Below are positions 26,031 through 35,673 of a stretch of DNA of 40,664 nt, piece by piece. The notes under the pieces are model-generated. The model saw nothing but the letters and a program-made list of their open reading frames with translations. It did no database searches and had not been told where the DNA came from. Source of the stretch: Patescibacteria group bacterium (GTDB lineage: Bacteria > Patescibacteriota > Microgenomatia > Levybacterales > UBA12049); the NCBI GenBank assembly GCA_023485715.1, contig JAMCZG010000030.1:1-40664 (forward strand), written 5' to 3'. Position 1 is the first letter of the stretch, and each line of letters begins with the position of its first letter. The translations under genes were made by a program, and so were the position numbers.

Positions 26031-27939
26031 ATTTTTTATTTAAATATATTATTATACCCGTTAGGCTAAAAATGGTTACAATACTTATTATAACACCGAT
26101 GTTAACAAACCCTTGCGGCATATAATAAATTTCGACAAAATCGGATCTATCGTTAATGACAAAACTATTAAACAGTTGTTTATATTTTTCAGATTTTATT
26201 TTTTTGCCGTCTGCTATCGCAATCCAATTCTCGTCGTAATTTTCGGAAAAAATAAGTCGCCCAATTATACCATTTTTAGCTTCAATTTTATACTGCGATG
26301 GACTTAATGCGCCCCAGGTTAATTTTGTGTCGCTGTTTTCTAAACGGAAACGGTCCATTGAACCAGGTACTTCAAACACTATTATTTTGCCAAATTTTTT
26401 TCTTTCTTTTAACCAGCTAATCTTCCTTAATCCATTAACGGTGTTTAAATATTTTCGCTCATCATACTTTCTGTCCTTAAGAAAAATTTCTTCTTTAGAA
26501 TCAGAAGGAATAACAACATATTTTATTGAGAATTCCTCTAGTAGACTTTCTGTCTTTGGATCGTTTAATTTTTCTAATTGGTCTTCCGGACGTGCTTTTT
26601 TGAATAATTCTTCTCCCATAACCACCGGGTGTTGATTTGAATAATACGCAAATCTTTGCACCTGGGGAATCCACAGGGATCTCGAAAATGTATTTTGACT
26701 AGACAGATAATCTTTAAATTGCAAATATTCTGCCGGAATCTCCCCCTGAGTAAATAATGTACCAAGCTTTGCATAAGTATTAGGAAAAACCAGATATATT
26801 AAATAGATAATTATAAATACTAAAATTAAATTAGGAATAAATTTTAGCCCACTATTATTTATTTTTGAATAAGCTATTTTTCTAATCGAATATATCGTGA
26901 ACGGAATAAGAAAAGAGTAAGAAATAGCTGTTAAAATATACCATTTCGAAGGGTCTCTAAACATTTTAAACCCAGGAAAATAATTAAATAGTGACAAATA
27001 CATGTCCCCAAATGGGCCATTTACTCCCTTGGAAAGAAATGAACCCAAAAGTCCGATTATGACAAAAAATATTATATTTAAATTCATAATTTTTGATCTC
27101 TTTTTAATAAAAAAGAGCGAAGAATAAGCAAATATTGGCAATAATATAAATTCCGGCCGCATGAAATATACTTTCCCAAAAATGTTTTCCGGCCAATTAG
27201 GATGTAGAAGCGAAATAGAGCGAGAAAAATCGGCAAAACTAAAAAATTTAACATTATTAACGTTGTCAAACCCCGAAGGCAGAGGGGAAGTTTTGAAAAA
27301 AATTAAGGGGAAAATCCAATAACCGTGCAACAACAGGGGGATAAAAATAATAACGGGCAAAAAAATGATTATTTTTTTAAAATTTTTCTTTAATATAAGA
27401 GCATCGAACACAAAAAACATTAGGATTGCGATAAGAGTTATATACAAAATTCGAGGATCAAACAAAAGTTGCAAAGATATGTAAATCGAAGCTACTATAG
27501 CATTTTTTGGTCGCGGATTATCGATAAATTGTTTAAATTTCATCAGCACGATCGGCGCAATAGAATATGCCAACGCAACACCCGATTGACCACCTAAAAT
27601 AACTAACAAAAAATATGTGTTTGCTGAGTATATAAAGCCGGCTAAAATCGCGAGTTTTGATTTTGATTTAGCGAAATATCTAAAAAGAAAGAATCCCGAT
27701 AAAAAAGAAAGGACAAAAGGTAATAAAAACCAGAAAAAAAAGTTTATAAAATACCAGGAGACTCCAAATTTACTAAAAAATGCCGTTAAATTAAGATAAC
27801 TTGTTATCCATAAAAACCCCAAAGAAGATTTGCCTAGTCCAGTATTTAAAGTTGAATCCCAAGCACTGGGGATTGAAGCGAACTCTCGAATTGTTTGGGG
27901 CCAGAAAAATCTCCAATCGCCGTTTGTAAAGGCCATCAT
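26023..27939 (-). CDS. GT-C-type polytopic membrane protein, YfhO/DUF3367-like architecture
   Basis: About 12 or more TM helices. The soluble C-terminal domain ends SENYDENWIAIADGKKIKSEKYKQLFNSFVI...EIYYMPQGFVNIGVIISI plus a terminal TM anchor, as in the YfhO/AftD families. 8-nt overlap with the GtrB-like gene. Confidence 0.45.
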   Translation of the reverse strand: MMAFTNGDWRFFWPQTIREFASIPSAWDSTLNTGLGKSSLGFLWITSYLNLTAFFSKFGVSWYFINFFFWFLLPFVLSFLSGFFLFRYFAKSKSKLAILAGFIYSANTYFLLVILGGQSGVALAYSIAPIVLMKFKQFIDNPRPKNAIVASIYISLQLLFDPRILYITLIAILMFFVFDALILKKNFKKIIIFLPVIIFIPLLLHGYWIFPLIFFKTSPLPSGFDNVNNVKFFSFADFSRSISLLHPNWPENIFGKVYFMRPEFILLPIFAYSSLFFIKKRSKIMNLNIIFFVIIGLLGSFLSKGVNGPFGDMYLSLFNYFPGFKMFRDPSKWYILTAISYSFLIPFTIYSIRKIAYSKINNSGLKFIPNLILVFIIIYLIYLVFPNTYAKLGTLFTQGEIPAEYLQFKDYLSSQNTFSRSLWIPQVQRFAYYSNQHPVVMGEELFKKARPEDQLEKLNDPKTESLLEEFSIKYVVIPSDSKEEIFLKDRKYDERKYLNTVNGLRKISWLKERKKFGKIIVFEVPGSMDRFRLENSDTKLTWGALSPSQYKIEAKNGIIGRLIFSENYDENWIAIADGKKIKSEKYKQLFNSFVINDRSDFVEIYYMPQGFVNIGVIISIVTIFSLTGIIIYLNKKYD

Positions 27940-27942
27940 GAT

Positions 27943-28302
27943 TTATTTTTTTATCTTAATTTCTTTGAGAGAAAAGATTAAATAAGTAGCAATCATTAAA
28001 TAAATAAAAATTCCTAAAGGGTTTGTAATTTTTTCCACACGCAAAGACGAAAAAATAAAGCCCGGGATAAGTAAGTACAACGCAATCTTCAATAACGACT
28101 CCTTCTTTGGCCTAAATAAAATTAAAGCAACAATATAACTTACCAAAAATGGAAGGTCTGATACGGCAATCCTGACTATGTTTAAGTAAGGCCTATTAAC
28201 TACATAAGCTAATACTGCGTAAACAAAGACAGTAAACATTATTTTAACTATATTTAATTTTATCCACTGGTATGTATCGGTGACCGGGATTTTTATTTTC
28301 AT
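27943..28302 (-). CDS. Small polytopic membrane protein (3-4 TM), unknown; positional candidate for a GtrA-like lipid-sugar flippase
   Basis: 119-aa hydrophobic ORF between two GT-C genes, with ATGA overlap upstream. No GtrA motif recognised, so the function is positional inference only. Confidence 0.4.
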   Translation of the reverse strand: MKIKIPVTDTYQWIKLNIVKIMFTVFVYAVLAYVVNRPYLNIVRIAVSDLPFLVSYIVALILFRPKKESLLKIALYLLIPGFIFSSLRVEKITNPLGIFIYLMIATYLIFSLKEIKIKK

Positions 28303-31300
28303 AGTTTTTTTAATTTTAGAACACCGTAGGCTAACACTGTCAATACCAAAGAAATTAATGTAATTCTAAATCCAAGATTAACATAATCTTGCGGAAGATA
28401 TTTAATTTCCTTATTCTTTTGCGGACCGTTCATTATCCAACCATTAGCATAGCCATTTGCCTTAAATCTGTTATTCCCGACTCCGTTAATTTTCCAATTA
28501 TCACTAAACGATTCATTCAAAACAACGGCGTATTCATCGTTTTCTCCCGCGGAAGTATTTAAGTTATAACTCGTAGAAGTTTTTTTGTCGTATGTATAAT
28601 TTACCGGTTCTGTAAGATCGTTTGCACTCGCTCCGTAAGCGATTAAATCTGGAATATCCAGTTTTCTTATATTAAGACCCTCGATTCGGACCACGGGCGA
28701 TACTCTAGTTTCGTCTGTCGACGGGAATCCGCATATCGAAAATGTCACGTTTTGATTATTCTCTGTTAGCACCAGATCGTATATGTAGTTAACCAAATTA
28801 TATGTCGGGTATATTGCCTCCCCGCTTTTATAAAAAGGGTTCCCGTTATACTGTTGTACACCAGATAAATAATTGACAGACAAACCTAAATTATCTGATC
28901 CGGCAAGTCTTATATGCTGGAAAGTCACTCTGAAAATATCGTCCTTCATTCCTGTTATTTTTTTATCAAAGACCCAACATAAGCTATCGAGTCGCGGAGC
29001 TATTAGGAATTCCCTAGAACCATCGTACAGATTTACACTTTGCTGTTCAATTTCAAATTTATGATTGCCTTTTGGCAAGGAATATTTTCCCAAAGAATAC
29101 CAACCGGGACTTTGAATCTCGGGTCGCGCGGAATATTTTTTACCGTCGATCGAAAAATTAACCTCGCCTGGAAGAGTATAATTTTGATCATTAGGTTTAT
29201 ATATAAAATGGTATTCTCGCTCTAAGGGCACACTCAACAAAAACCTCTTTTTCGACTCCTCGGTCGATTGCCAAACGTTATTTCCGACAGAAGCAAAATT
29301 CTTTACTATCTGGTTGTAAACTGCGTCGAGTAATTGCGGCTGGTATCCTCCAGGTCTTGAATCTTCAAATGTTCGCATCGCTATAGCAACATACGCGTTT
29401 CTTTCCGTTTTTAACACATCGAATGCCTCTACTAAAAAATCGTTATCAATATTTTGCTGATCAGAAAAATATTCGTTTAAAGAAAGATCAAGTTTTTCGA
29501 GAGTTTGAGAATAATCATTAAATAACCCCGTTATAGTACTTACTTCTCTTTTTAAAAGAGTTCCCTTATCAACCGCCATGAGTTTTTCTAATGATTTATA
29601 TAAATAAAATTTGGGTTTGTCCTCTCTTTTTTGCAATGTGCTTAAAACTTTTTTCTCGGCGTTTTTTTCAAAAAACTCAACTATCGGATAAAAAACCGAA
29701 TCCCGTATAAGCAAAGGTAAATATGCTCCCGTATTAACAAATGTCCGCTGCAAATCACACGTAACACAATCTGATACTAAATAGACTGCATTAGTTTGCT
29801 TTAATGCCTCATTCTCGAACTTGCTTTCTTGCTCGGGAACAAAAATCGGCTCTTTGGGATTAGCAACCGACTGAGTAGAAAACAGTAAATATAAATTTTT
29901 AATCTTATTGGGAAAATAAGAAATACCCTTGGTTACTTCGATTTTAGTCTGGACATCGTTAGTATCTTTAAAATCATACACTTCCCAGTCCCCGAATTTC
30001 TTAACGAGATTAAGGTTTGGACTTTTAAGCGCGGCTTCGTACATAGACGGCGGATCTGTTGTTAACCCAGAAAGATTCCAATTGAAATCTTTGCGCAGAA
30101 GAAAGGATTTAAATCCTAAAAATTTTGCAAATTTTTCCCATCCCGGATCGTTTCTTTTCATCATATTGTGCAGTGATTGAATCAGCACCATTTCGTCTTT
30201 GGACATATACCCGTTTTCGTTAATTATCTGTGCATTTGTTAAAAGACTTGTTAGGGATTGCGAACTCCAAAAACCCCAATAATAAGCATCTATGTTCCAA
30301 TTAGGTTCTGGAAGAGCCAACGTTCTGACATTAATCCTGTCTTTGGAATCGCTCCATTTACCAAAATCATATATATATTGCGGGACATTCACTTTCATTG
30401 TTCTCTCGGGTTTCATATAGTCGAAAAACAGTCCGTTAAGAAAAGGGAAGCTGTATAAAACAACCGATGCGCAAAAAACTATAAGTAAAACATTCGATAA
30501 CGTTTTTCTTTTTATAGATAACGAACTTAAGAAATAACTAATTGTAAATCCGATTAAAACAGAATACGAGAACCATAAAGCAGGAGCGAATTTATAAAAA
30601 GGCGTTCTGAAGGCGATAAAACCCGGGACATAGGAAACAAGGAATGTATACAGGGGACCAAAAGGTGGGTGAGAACCGCCAACAAAAACCATCGACAAAA
30701 GTGCTAAAACAGCAAAGAAAAGTATCATTTTTCTAGTTTTTTTATCTTTAATTAACAAAAGGCCCAAAAATGCCCCGAGCGGTATCAGGTAACTTATACC
30801 AATTATTATTGGATTGTTAAGAAATATACTTGAATACGGATGATAGGAATTTTGATACCATTCTGGAACTCCTTGCAACCTGAGCAGATTAATAAGAGAA
30901 GAATAGCGGCTTATATAATCGATCCATCCAAGAACACCCGATACGCCGCCAGCTTGAGTCACAGCCGCAGAATAAGAATTTAAAACATAACTACCATACG
31001 GCAGTAACCAGTAGGCATTTATAAAAGCACTTACAACAAGAGTCGAGATCGACAATTTGAATAGATTAAATATTCTTCTTTTTGAGAAATCCTGGTAAAG
31101 ATAAAAAAAGATAAAAACTATGATCGAAACAATAAATCCTCCGAATAGTGGGATACTTGCTTCTCCGTTAAGAAAAAAAAGCGTTATAGAAATTAAAATA
31201 CTGGTCTTAAGTGTGGACCTTTTCTTGTCTTCCCAATCAAATAAAAATGCCATCACAAGAGGTAATGCGGCGTAAATCGAAAATTTTGTCCTTTCTACGA

Positions 31301-31724
31301 TAAGCCAGCCTTGCAACAAAAAGTGATTGATCATGTACAAAAGAGTTGCCGGAAGCGCAAAATATTTAAGGCCTAATCTTTTTTCGAGTTTTGAAGAAAA
31401 ATAAAGCATCGTCAGACCGGGAAGAACAAACCAAAATACAAAAACTATTTTTTGAAAATTTTGGAGTTTAAACCCGAGGAAAGATACTAATGCTTCTAAG
31501 CCGTGAATAAAAAAACCAGCCAATGCATAATTTTGATCATGACCAAAACCGAATCTCTCTGTCCAAATGCTAAGCCTGTCTAAAAAATGGGGAAGAGGAA
31601 ATAGTGTAAGACCCGAATCATGCCCCAAGATAACCTCATTTTTATGAAACCACAAAAGAGGAATTAATCCTAGAATCAATACAACAATAATTTCGAATAT
31701 TTTTCTTTTAGAAATTTTTTTCAT
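28299..31724 (-). CDS. Large GT-C membrane protein, AftD/DUF3367-like (arabinofuranosyltransferase family architecture)
   Basis: The N-terminal loop GHDSGLTLFPLPHFLDRLSIWTERFGFGHDQNYA resembles the DTK.DL..P..FL.RA..LW....FG..QNQAYG signature. Many TM helices, a ~650-aa soluble region, and a C-terminus NESFSDNWKINGVG...ANGYANGWIM...YLPQ plus a TM anchor. Confidence 0.5.
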   Translation of the reverse strand: MKKISKRKIFEIIVVLILGLIPLLWFHKNEVILGHDSGLTLFPLPHFLDRLSIWTERFGFGHDQNYALAGFFIHGLEALVSFLGFKLQNFQKIVFVFWFVLPGLTMLYFSSKLEKRLGLKYFALPATLLYMINHFLLQGWLIVERTKFSIYAALPLVMAFLFDWEDKKRSTLKTSILISITLFFLNGEASIPLFGGFIVSIIVFIFFYLYQDFSKRRIFNLFKLSISTLVVSAFINAYWLLPYGSYVLNSYSAAVTQAGGVSGVLGWIDYISRYSSLINLLRLQGVPEWYQNSYHPYSSIFLNNPIIIGISYLIPLGAFLGLLLIKDKKTRKMILFFAVLALLSMVFVGGSHPPFGPLYTFLVSYVPGFIAFRTPFYKFAPALWFSYSVLIGFTISYFLSSLSIKRKTLSNVLLIVFCASVVLYSFPFLNGLFFDYMKPERTMKVNVPQYIYDFGKWSDSKDRINVRTLALPEPNWNIDAYYWGFWSSQSLTSLLTNAQIINENGYMSKDEMVLIQSLHNMMKRNDPGWEKFAKFLGFKSFLLRKDFNWNLSGLTTDPPSMYEAALKSPNLNLVKKFGDWEVYDFKDTNDVQTKIEVTKGISYFPNKIKNLYLLFSTQSVANPKEPIFVPEQESKFENEALKQTNAVYLVSDCVTCDLQRTFVNTGAYLPLLIRDSVFYPIVEFFEKNAEKKVLSTLQKREDKPKFYLYKSLEKLMAVDKGTLLKREVSTITGLFNDYSQTLEKLDLSLNEYFSDQQNIDNDFLVEAFDVLKTERNAYVAIAMRTFEDSRPGGYQPQLLDAVYNQIVKNFASVGNNVWQSTEESKKRFLLSVPLEREYHFIYKPNDQNYTLPGEVNFSIDGKKYSARPEIQSPGWYSLGKYSLPKGNHKFEIEQQSVNLYDGSREFLIAPRLDSLCWVFDKKITGMKDDIFRVTFQHIRLAGSDNLGLSVNYLSGVQQYNGNPFYKSGEAIYPTYNLVNYIYDLVLTENNQNVTFSICGFPSTDETRVSPVVRIEGLNIRKLDIPDLIAYGASANDLTEPVNYTYDKKTSTSYNLNTSAGENDEYAVVLNESFSDNWKINGVGNNRFKANGYANGWIMNGPQKNKEIKYLPQDYVNLGFRITLISLVLTVLAYGVLKLKKL

Positions 31725-32407
31725 TTTTCACCAATATAAAATATTGGACTATTTATATAAGGGACAGGAATTGCAAATGGCATTATTATTTGCAACCGGT
31801 AATGTATTCTATAAAAAAAGGGCAGAAGAGAGAAACGGTTATAGAAAACTTTAGAAAATCCAATTCTTCTCATAATATCCAACCAATCCTTCGGATACTT
31901 TACGTTTATATGTGTTGGATCTTTGTGGATCCAATTATACGGATAAGGAGTGGACATAACAAGTACGCCTTTACTTTTTAAACTGCCGTACATAATTTTA
32001 ATCGCCTTTTCTGGCTTCTCTAAATGCTCCACCACCTCAAAGGCAATTATTATATCAAATTTCTTTTTAATCGGAATCCCTTTTTGAATATCGAAGGCCA
32101 GGAATTTTACTTGTGGAGAAAGTTTTTCCGCTCTTTGTATTGCATACTGTGACACATCCGATGCATAAACATTAAATTTTCGTTCCGAAAGAAGACTCGC
32201 AACCGCCCCGATCGAGCACCCTACCTCCAAAATATCTTTCCCGTCACCATTTTTTATCGGGACGTATTGATTAAGCTTCTTAAGCCAGGCCCAAAACCAG
32301 TTCCGCGACCTTTCCAAATCCTTATCTGTAAACTCGCCAACTGCCCTTTTAAACCAGCCTTTAAAATAGTACTCTTCGAATTTTTTGTCTGTTTTAATTG
32401 CTGACAT
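31721..32407 (-). CDS. Class I SAM-dependent methyltransferase
   Basis: ILEVGCSIGAVASLL motif I; FDIIIAFEVVEHL. Confidence 0.75.
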   Translation of the reverse strand: MSAIKTDKKFEEYYFKGWFKRAVGEFTDKDLERSRNWFWAWLKKLNQYVPIKNGDGKDILEVGCSIGAVASLLSERKFNVYASDVSQYAIQRAEKLSPQVKFLAFDIQKGIPIKKKFDIIIAFEVVEHLEKPEKAIKIMYGSLKSKGVLVMSTPYPYNWIHKDPTHINVKYPKDWLDIMRRIGFSKVFYNRFSLLPFFYRIHYRLQIIMPFAIPVPYINSPIFYIGEK

Positions 32408-34742
32408 TGTATGTAATTGTAGATATTATTCTCTCAACTTCTTCATTTGGCCGATCTTCCCCATTCACGATAACTCTTTCTGCTTTTTTACCAAGAGCAG
32501 TAATTTCAAACTCTTTGTCATGAGTATTGAGTGGAAAAAAATATTTAACATACTTCCCTTTTGTCGCGTATACTGTTGTAACATTATCCCCGTTTAACAT
32601 CGTGACACCCCTGAAAGTAAAGTTTGGTCCGATTGTATTTCCGTCCGAATCCTTAAACGGCGAAGCAAACGCGTCGATTCCGAGCGTTTCTGGCTTAGTT
32701 CTTAAAATTAACCTTAGATATAAATCATCGCCCTTATATTGGTCTTCAGAAATTAATTTTTCGTTTTTTGGATATACTATCACGTCAAAAAGCGTGTCTT
32801 GCTTTCCTTCAATATTTAACTCTTCAAGCTGCATGCTTTCAGGATATTTAAAAGTAATTTTTGCCTTTTCGTACTTATAAGTATTCCACTTTTTTAACTG
32901 AGAATAAGATGACATTCGTGAATAAGCCGCCCTTCTCGTCTCTTCCGTGATGTCTGTAATTTCATTTTTTATGCCGTCCCAAGAAAATGCATAAATATCC
33001 GACGAGTCAAACGAACCCCTCATCATTTCTTCGGCCATTTTGTTGTCCTGTATGTAATACCCAAACCCTCTTCCGGACTTTTCTATATAGCCTTCTCCTG
33101 CGATTCCCTTATTAACAAAATAATCGCTGTCGATAAAAAATTCGGGCAGTTGACCTTTCTTAAAATATAATACCGTTAAAGCTTGACCTAAATTTGTCTG
33201 GAACGGCGGAATCGGACCAAACCCATAATATCCCGTATTGCTTTTTACTAAAAATACCGACTTTTTGCCTAATTCTTGTGTGGTGTTCAATATTTTTTTT
33301 ATTATGGTTTTTCTTTGATGGCCCATCAAAGCGTAATTGCTTAAGGTTTTATTCACATAATATGCGTTTACAACAACCCATAAAAAAAGAAAGATAAAAA
33401 CTGCTCTTCTTGCGATTGTAAAAACACCGATATTTTTTTTCTTTAGCTTATCCGTTTTAGTTAACAGAAATACGATGAGTGAGGCAAAAATCAAACTTCC
33501 GCCGACCGACATTGGATACAAATGCCTTGAATCAAAAAGCGAAACATAACCAAACTTAGCGATTAATGAGTTTACTATAAAAATTAACGGCAGGACGCTA
33601 AAGATTATTATTAAGACCCCGATAATTATCGATTTTTTTATCGAATCGTTTTCTTTGGAAAAAAACTGGTACAGTTTATATATCCCTAGAATAATCGGAA
33701 CAGCTGCTGCGAACATAAACATTTCGATCCCTGCGCTTTGGGTAAATATTAAAAAGTTAGTACCTCTTACGCTTGCCTCCTGCGCATAATAAGGAAATCC
33801 CCATATTGTAATTTTTTCTCCCATCGAGTATATGATGTCGCTTGGTATAAAAGTTTGGGTAATGCTTTTAAACGACCATGTAATAGCTTTATAAATTAAT
33901 GTCGCATCTATGGTATTGAAAATCGTATAAAGATAAGGCGATTTCGTGGCGACATTTTGATTGTTTAACCAGTTCGTATAGATTCTAAAAATGATTTCGA
34001 CAACAAAAAGAACAACGAGAACTAACCCGAAAGACTTTAGATATTTAAAAGTATTTTTTAATTTACCGTTGTTTAAAAAATAAGCTACTAACGGATAAAG
34101 TATAAATAAAAAAAATGATGTTTCTTTGGAAAAAACCGCTAAAACCAAAAACAACAATGAAAACGCTTTATATTTTTGATTCTTTTCAATAAAAGAAAGT
34201 ACCAAGAAAATTAACGATAATAAGGAAAAAAGCATTGCGATTTGCACGCCCACAGCAGCGATCCACGAAACTGCGTGGAAATGCACGGATGAAACTGCAA
34301 AAAATAGTCCCGCCACAAAACCAAATAATAAATTTTTCCTGGAAATTAAATACGCAAGATAAAAGACACACAAAGAAACTCCGACATGAATAAGGAATGA
34401 AAAAAGCTGGTATAAAATAAAATTTATGCCAAAAAATTTTAATTCAAAATACGATATCGGTGACAAAACGGGTGAAAAATGCCCGGCGTATTGAGTCGGA
34501 TTAACAAAAACGTCAAAAAGCAATTTAAGATCGCCGATAACCGGTTTATTTAAAATGGAAAAATCTCTGGCAAAAAAAGTCCATTCGTCTCCCTGGAAAT
34601 ACCCTAAAAAAGCTTTTATATATATCAGAAAAGAGATAAAAATTATAAAACCGATCGCAGATTTAAATTTATATTTATCTGAGAGAAGTATTTTTGAATA
34701 CTGATTAATTTTTTTTATAAGAACCTCTAAAGCGACGGGCAT
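32394..34742 (-). CDS. GT-C-type polytopic membrane protein, paralog of the C-half of the 1040-aa fusion
   Basis: QGDEWTF loop motif and GHFSPV...FGINFILYQLFSFLIHVGVSL, which parallel GDDFTW and FYRPG...NPVAYHVFSVILH in the fusion. Soluble C-terminal ~330 aa. The track start at 34748 is a TTG; the ATG is at 34742. Confidence 0.5.
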   Translation of the reverse strand: MPVALEVLIKKINQYSKILLSDKYKFKSAIGFIIFISFLIYIKAFLGYFQGDEWTFFARDFSILNKPVIGDLKLLFDVFVNPTQYAGHFSPVLSPISYFELKFFGINFILYQLFSFLIHVGVSLCVFYLAYLISRKNLLFGFVAGLFFAVSSVHFHAVSWIAAVGVQIAMLFSLLSLIFLVLSFIEKNQKYKAFSLLFLVLAVFSKETSFFLFILYPLVAYFLNNGKLKNTFKYLKSFGLVLVVLFVVEIIFRIYTNWLNNQNVATKSPYLYTIFNTIDATLIYKAITWSFKSITQTFIPSDIIYSMGEKITIWGFPYYAQEASVRGTNFLIFTQSAGIEMFMFAAAVPIILGIYKLYQFFSKENDSIKKSIIIGVLIIIFSVLPLIFIVNSLIAKFGYVSLFDSRHLYPMSVGGSLIFASLIVFLLTKTDKLKKKNIGVFTIARRAVFIFLFLWVVVNAYYVNKTLSNYALMGHQRKTIIKKILNTTQELGKKSVFLVKSNTGYYGFGPIPPFQTNLGQALTVLYFKKGQLPEFFIDSDYFVNKGIAGEGYIEKSGRGFGYYIQDNKMAEEMMRGSFDSSDIYAFSWDGIKNEITDITEETRRAAYSRMSSYSQLKKWNTYKYEKAKITFKYPESMQLEELNIEGKQDTLFDVIVYPKNEKLISEDQYKGDDLYLRLILRTKPETLGIDAFASPFKDSDGNTIGPNFTFRGVTMLNGDNVTTVYATKGKYVKYFFPLNTHDKEFEITALGKKAERVIVNGEDRPNEEVERIISTITYNVSN

Positions 34743-34754
34743 AAACAAATTTTA

Positions 34755-34773
34755 TTCTAGTATCATACTAGAA
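34755..34773. promoter_or_regulatory. Perfect 19-bp palindrome TTCTAGTAT-C-ATACTAGAA, candidate operator
   Basis: Read directly. 9-bp arms with one central base, centred on the predicted minus-strand -10 hexamer. Confidence 0.45.
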
Positions 34774-34790
34774 GGTATAACTAAAATCAA
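34762..34790 (-). promoter_or_regulatory. Putative promoter of the minus-strand GT-C/methyltransferase operon
   Basis: -35 TTGATT (34785-34790), 17-nt spacer, -10 TATGAT (34762-34767), about 20 nt upstream of the ATG at 34742. Confidence 0.4.
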
Positions 34791-34856
34791 TGTTATTATT
34801 TTAATGTCGGTTGAACTCAATTGCTAAGTTCTTTCTGATTTTATGTGAAAAATTTC

Positions 34857-34885
34857 TTTACAAAAATCTGTGCTTGATATATATT
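34857..34885 (+). promoter_or_regulatory. Putative promoter of the plus-strand methyltransferase triad
   Basis: -35 TTTACA (34857-34862), 17-nt spacer, -10 TATATT (34880-34885), 35 nt upstream of the ATG at 34921. Confidence 0.35.
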
Positions 34886-34920
34886 ACTTATCGATATTAT
34901 CGTGAATCAATACAAAACTT

Positions 34921-35673
34921 ATGTCTTTTAAAAAAATATTTAAGGACCAAAATTCTTATTTTGAATGGAGACTCGAAAGAATAAAAAATATCGAAAAACG
35001 TTTCCCAATAATTTTTGACGTGAGAGGAAAAAAAATCCTGGATATCGGATGTGGCCATCACGCGCCTTTAAGTTATTATCTATATCACCAAAAACGCGCA
35101 AAAGTATACGCCGGGGATATTAGTAAAACATCTGTCACTGCCGCTACAAAGAGGGTTGGAAAAGCAAACATATCCGTATTCTCTGCAGAGAAATTACCTT
35201 TTAAAAATAACTTCTTCGATCTTGTATATCTACTCGACATTTTAGAACACGTCAAAGATCCTTTTATGGCAGTTAAAGAGGCCAAAAGAGTTGTTAAAAA
35301 AACAGGATTAATTTTTATTGAATTCTCCCCTTATTATGGTTATCCAACGGGCCATCACTTATACCCGATCGGATTTCCTTTTGCTCTTCTACCTTTTCAA
35401 ATCATTCCTTTTTTTATCACCAAGAAAATTGTACTGAAATCGAAGTTTTCGATTCCTAATTTGGGTCGTCACCTTTTAGAACAATTCAAGCATTTAAATA
35501 AAACAAGTATTCATAAATTTAAAAAAATAATAAGAGAAGTTAAATTAAAAACTATAAAAGAAAAATACCTTATAATTTTACCCGAAAGAGAAATTAATAT
35601 AGACTGGACATCTCATTTACCTTTAATAAAAGAGGTTATTACCATGAGTTATTCAGGAGTTTTTAAAAAATGA
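34921..35673 (+). CDS. Class I SAM-dependent methyltransferase
   Basis: ILDIGCGHHAPLS motif I; FDLVYLLDILEHVKDP. Confidence 0.75.
   Translation: MSFKKIFKDQNSYFEWRLERIKNIEKRFPIIFDVRGKKILDIGCGHHAPLSYYLYHQKRAKVYAGDISKTSVTAATKRVGKANISVFSAEKLPFKNNFFDLVYLLDILEHVKDPFMAVKEAKRVVKKTGLIFIEFSPYYGYPTGHHLYPIGFPFALLPFQIIPFFITKKIVLKSKFSIPNLGRHLLEQFKHLNKTSIHKFKKIIREVKLKTIKEKYLIILPEREINIDWTSHLPLIKEVITMSYSGVFKK

Noticed and set aside
27652-27670. GAGTTTT GATTTT GATTTA short tandem tract in the YfhO-like gene (encodes KSKSK)
   Set aside because: It has only about three imperfect units of mixed 6/7-nt length. It is compatible with chance in AT-rich lysine/serine codons and not comparable to the three clear heptamer tracts.
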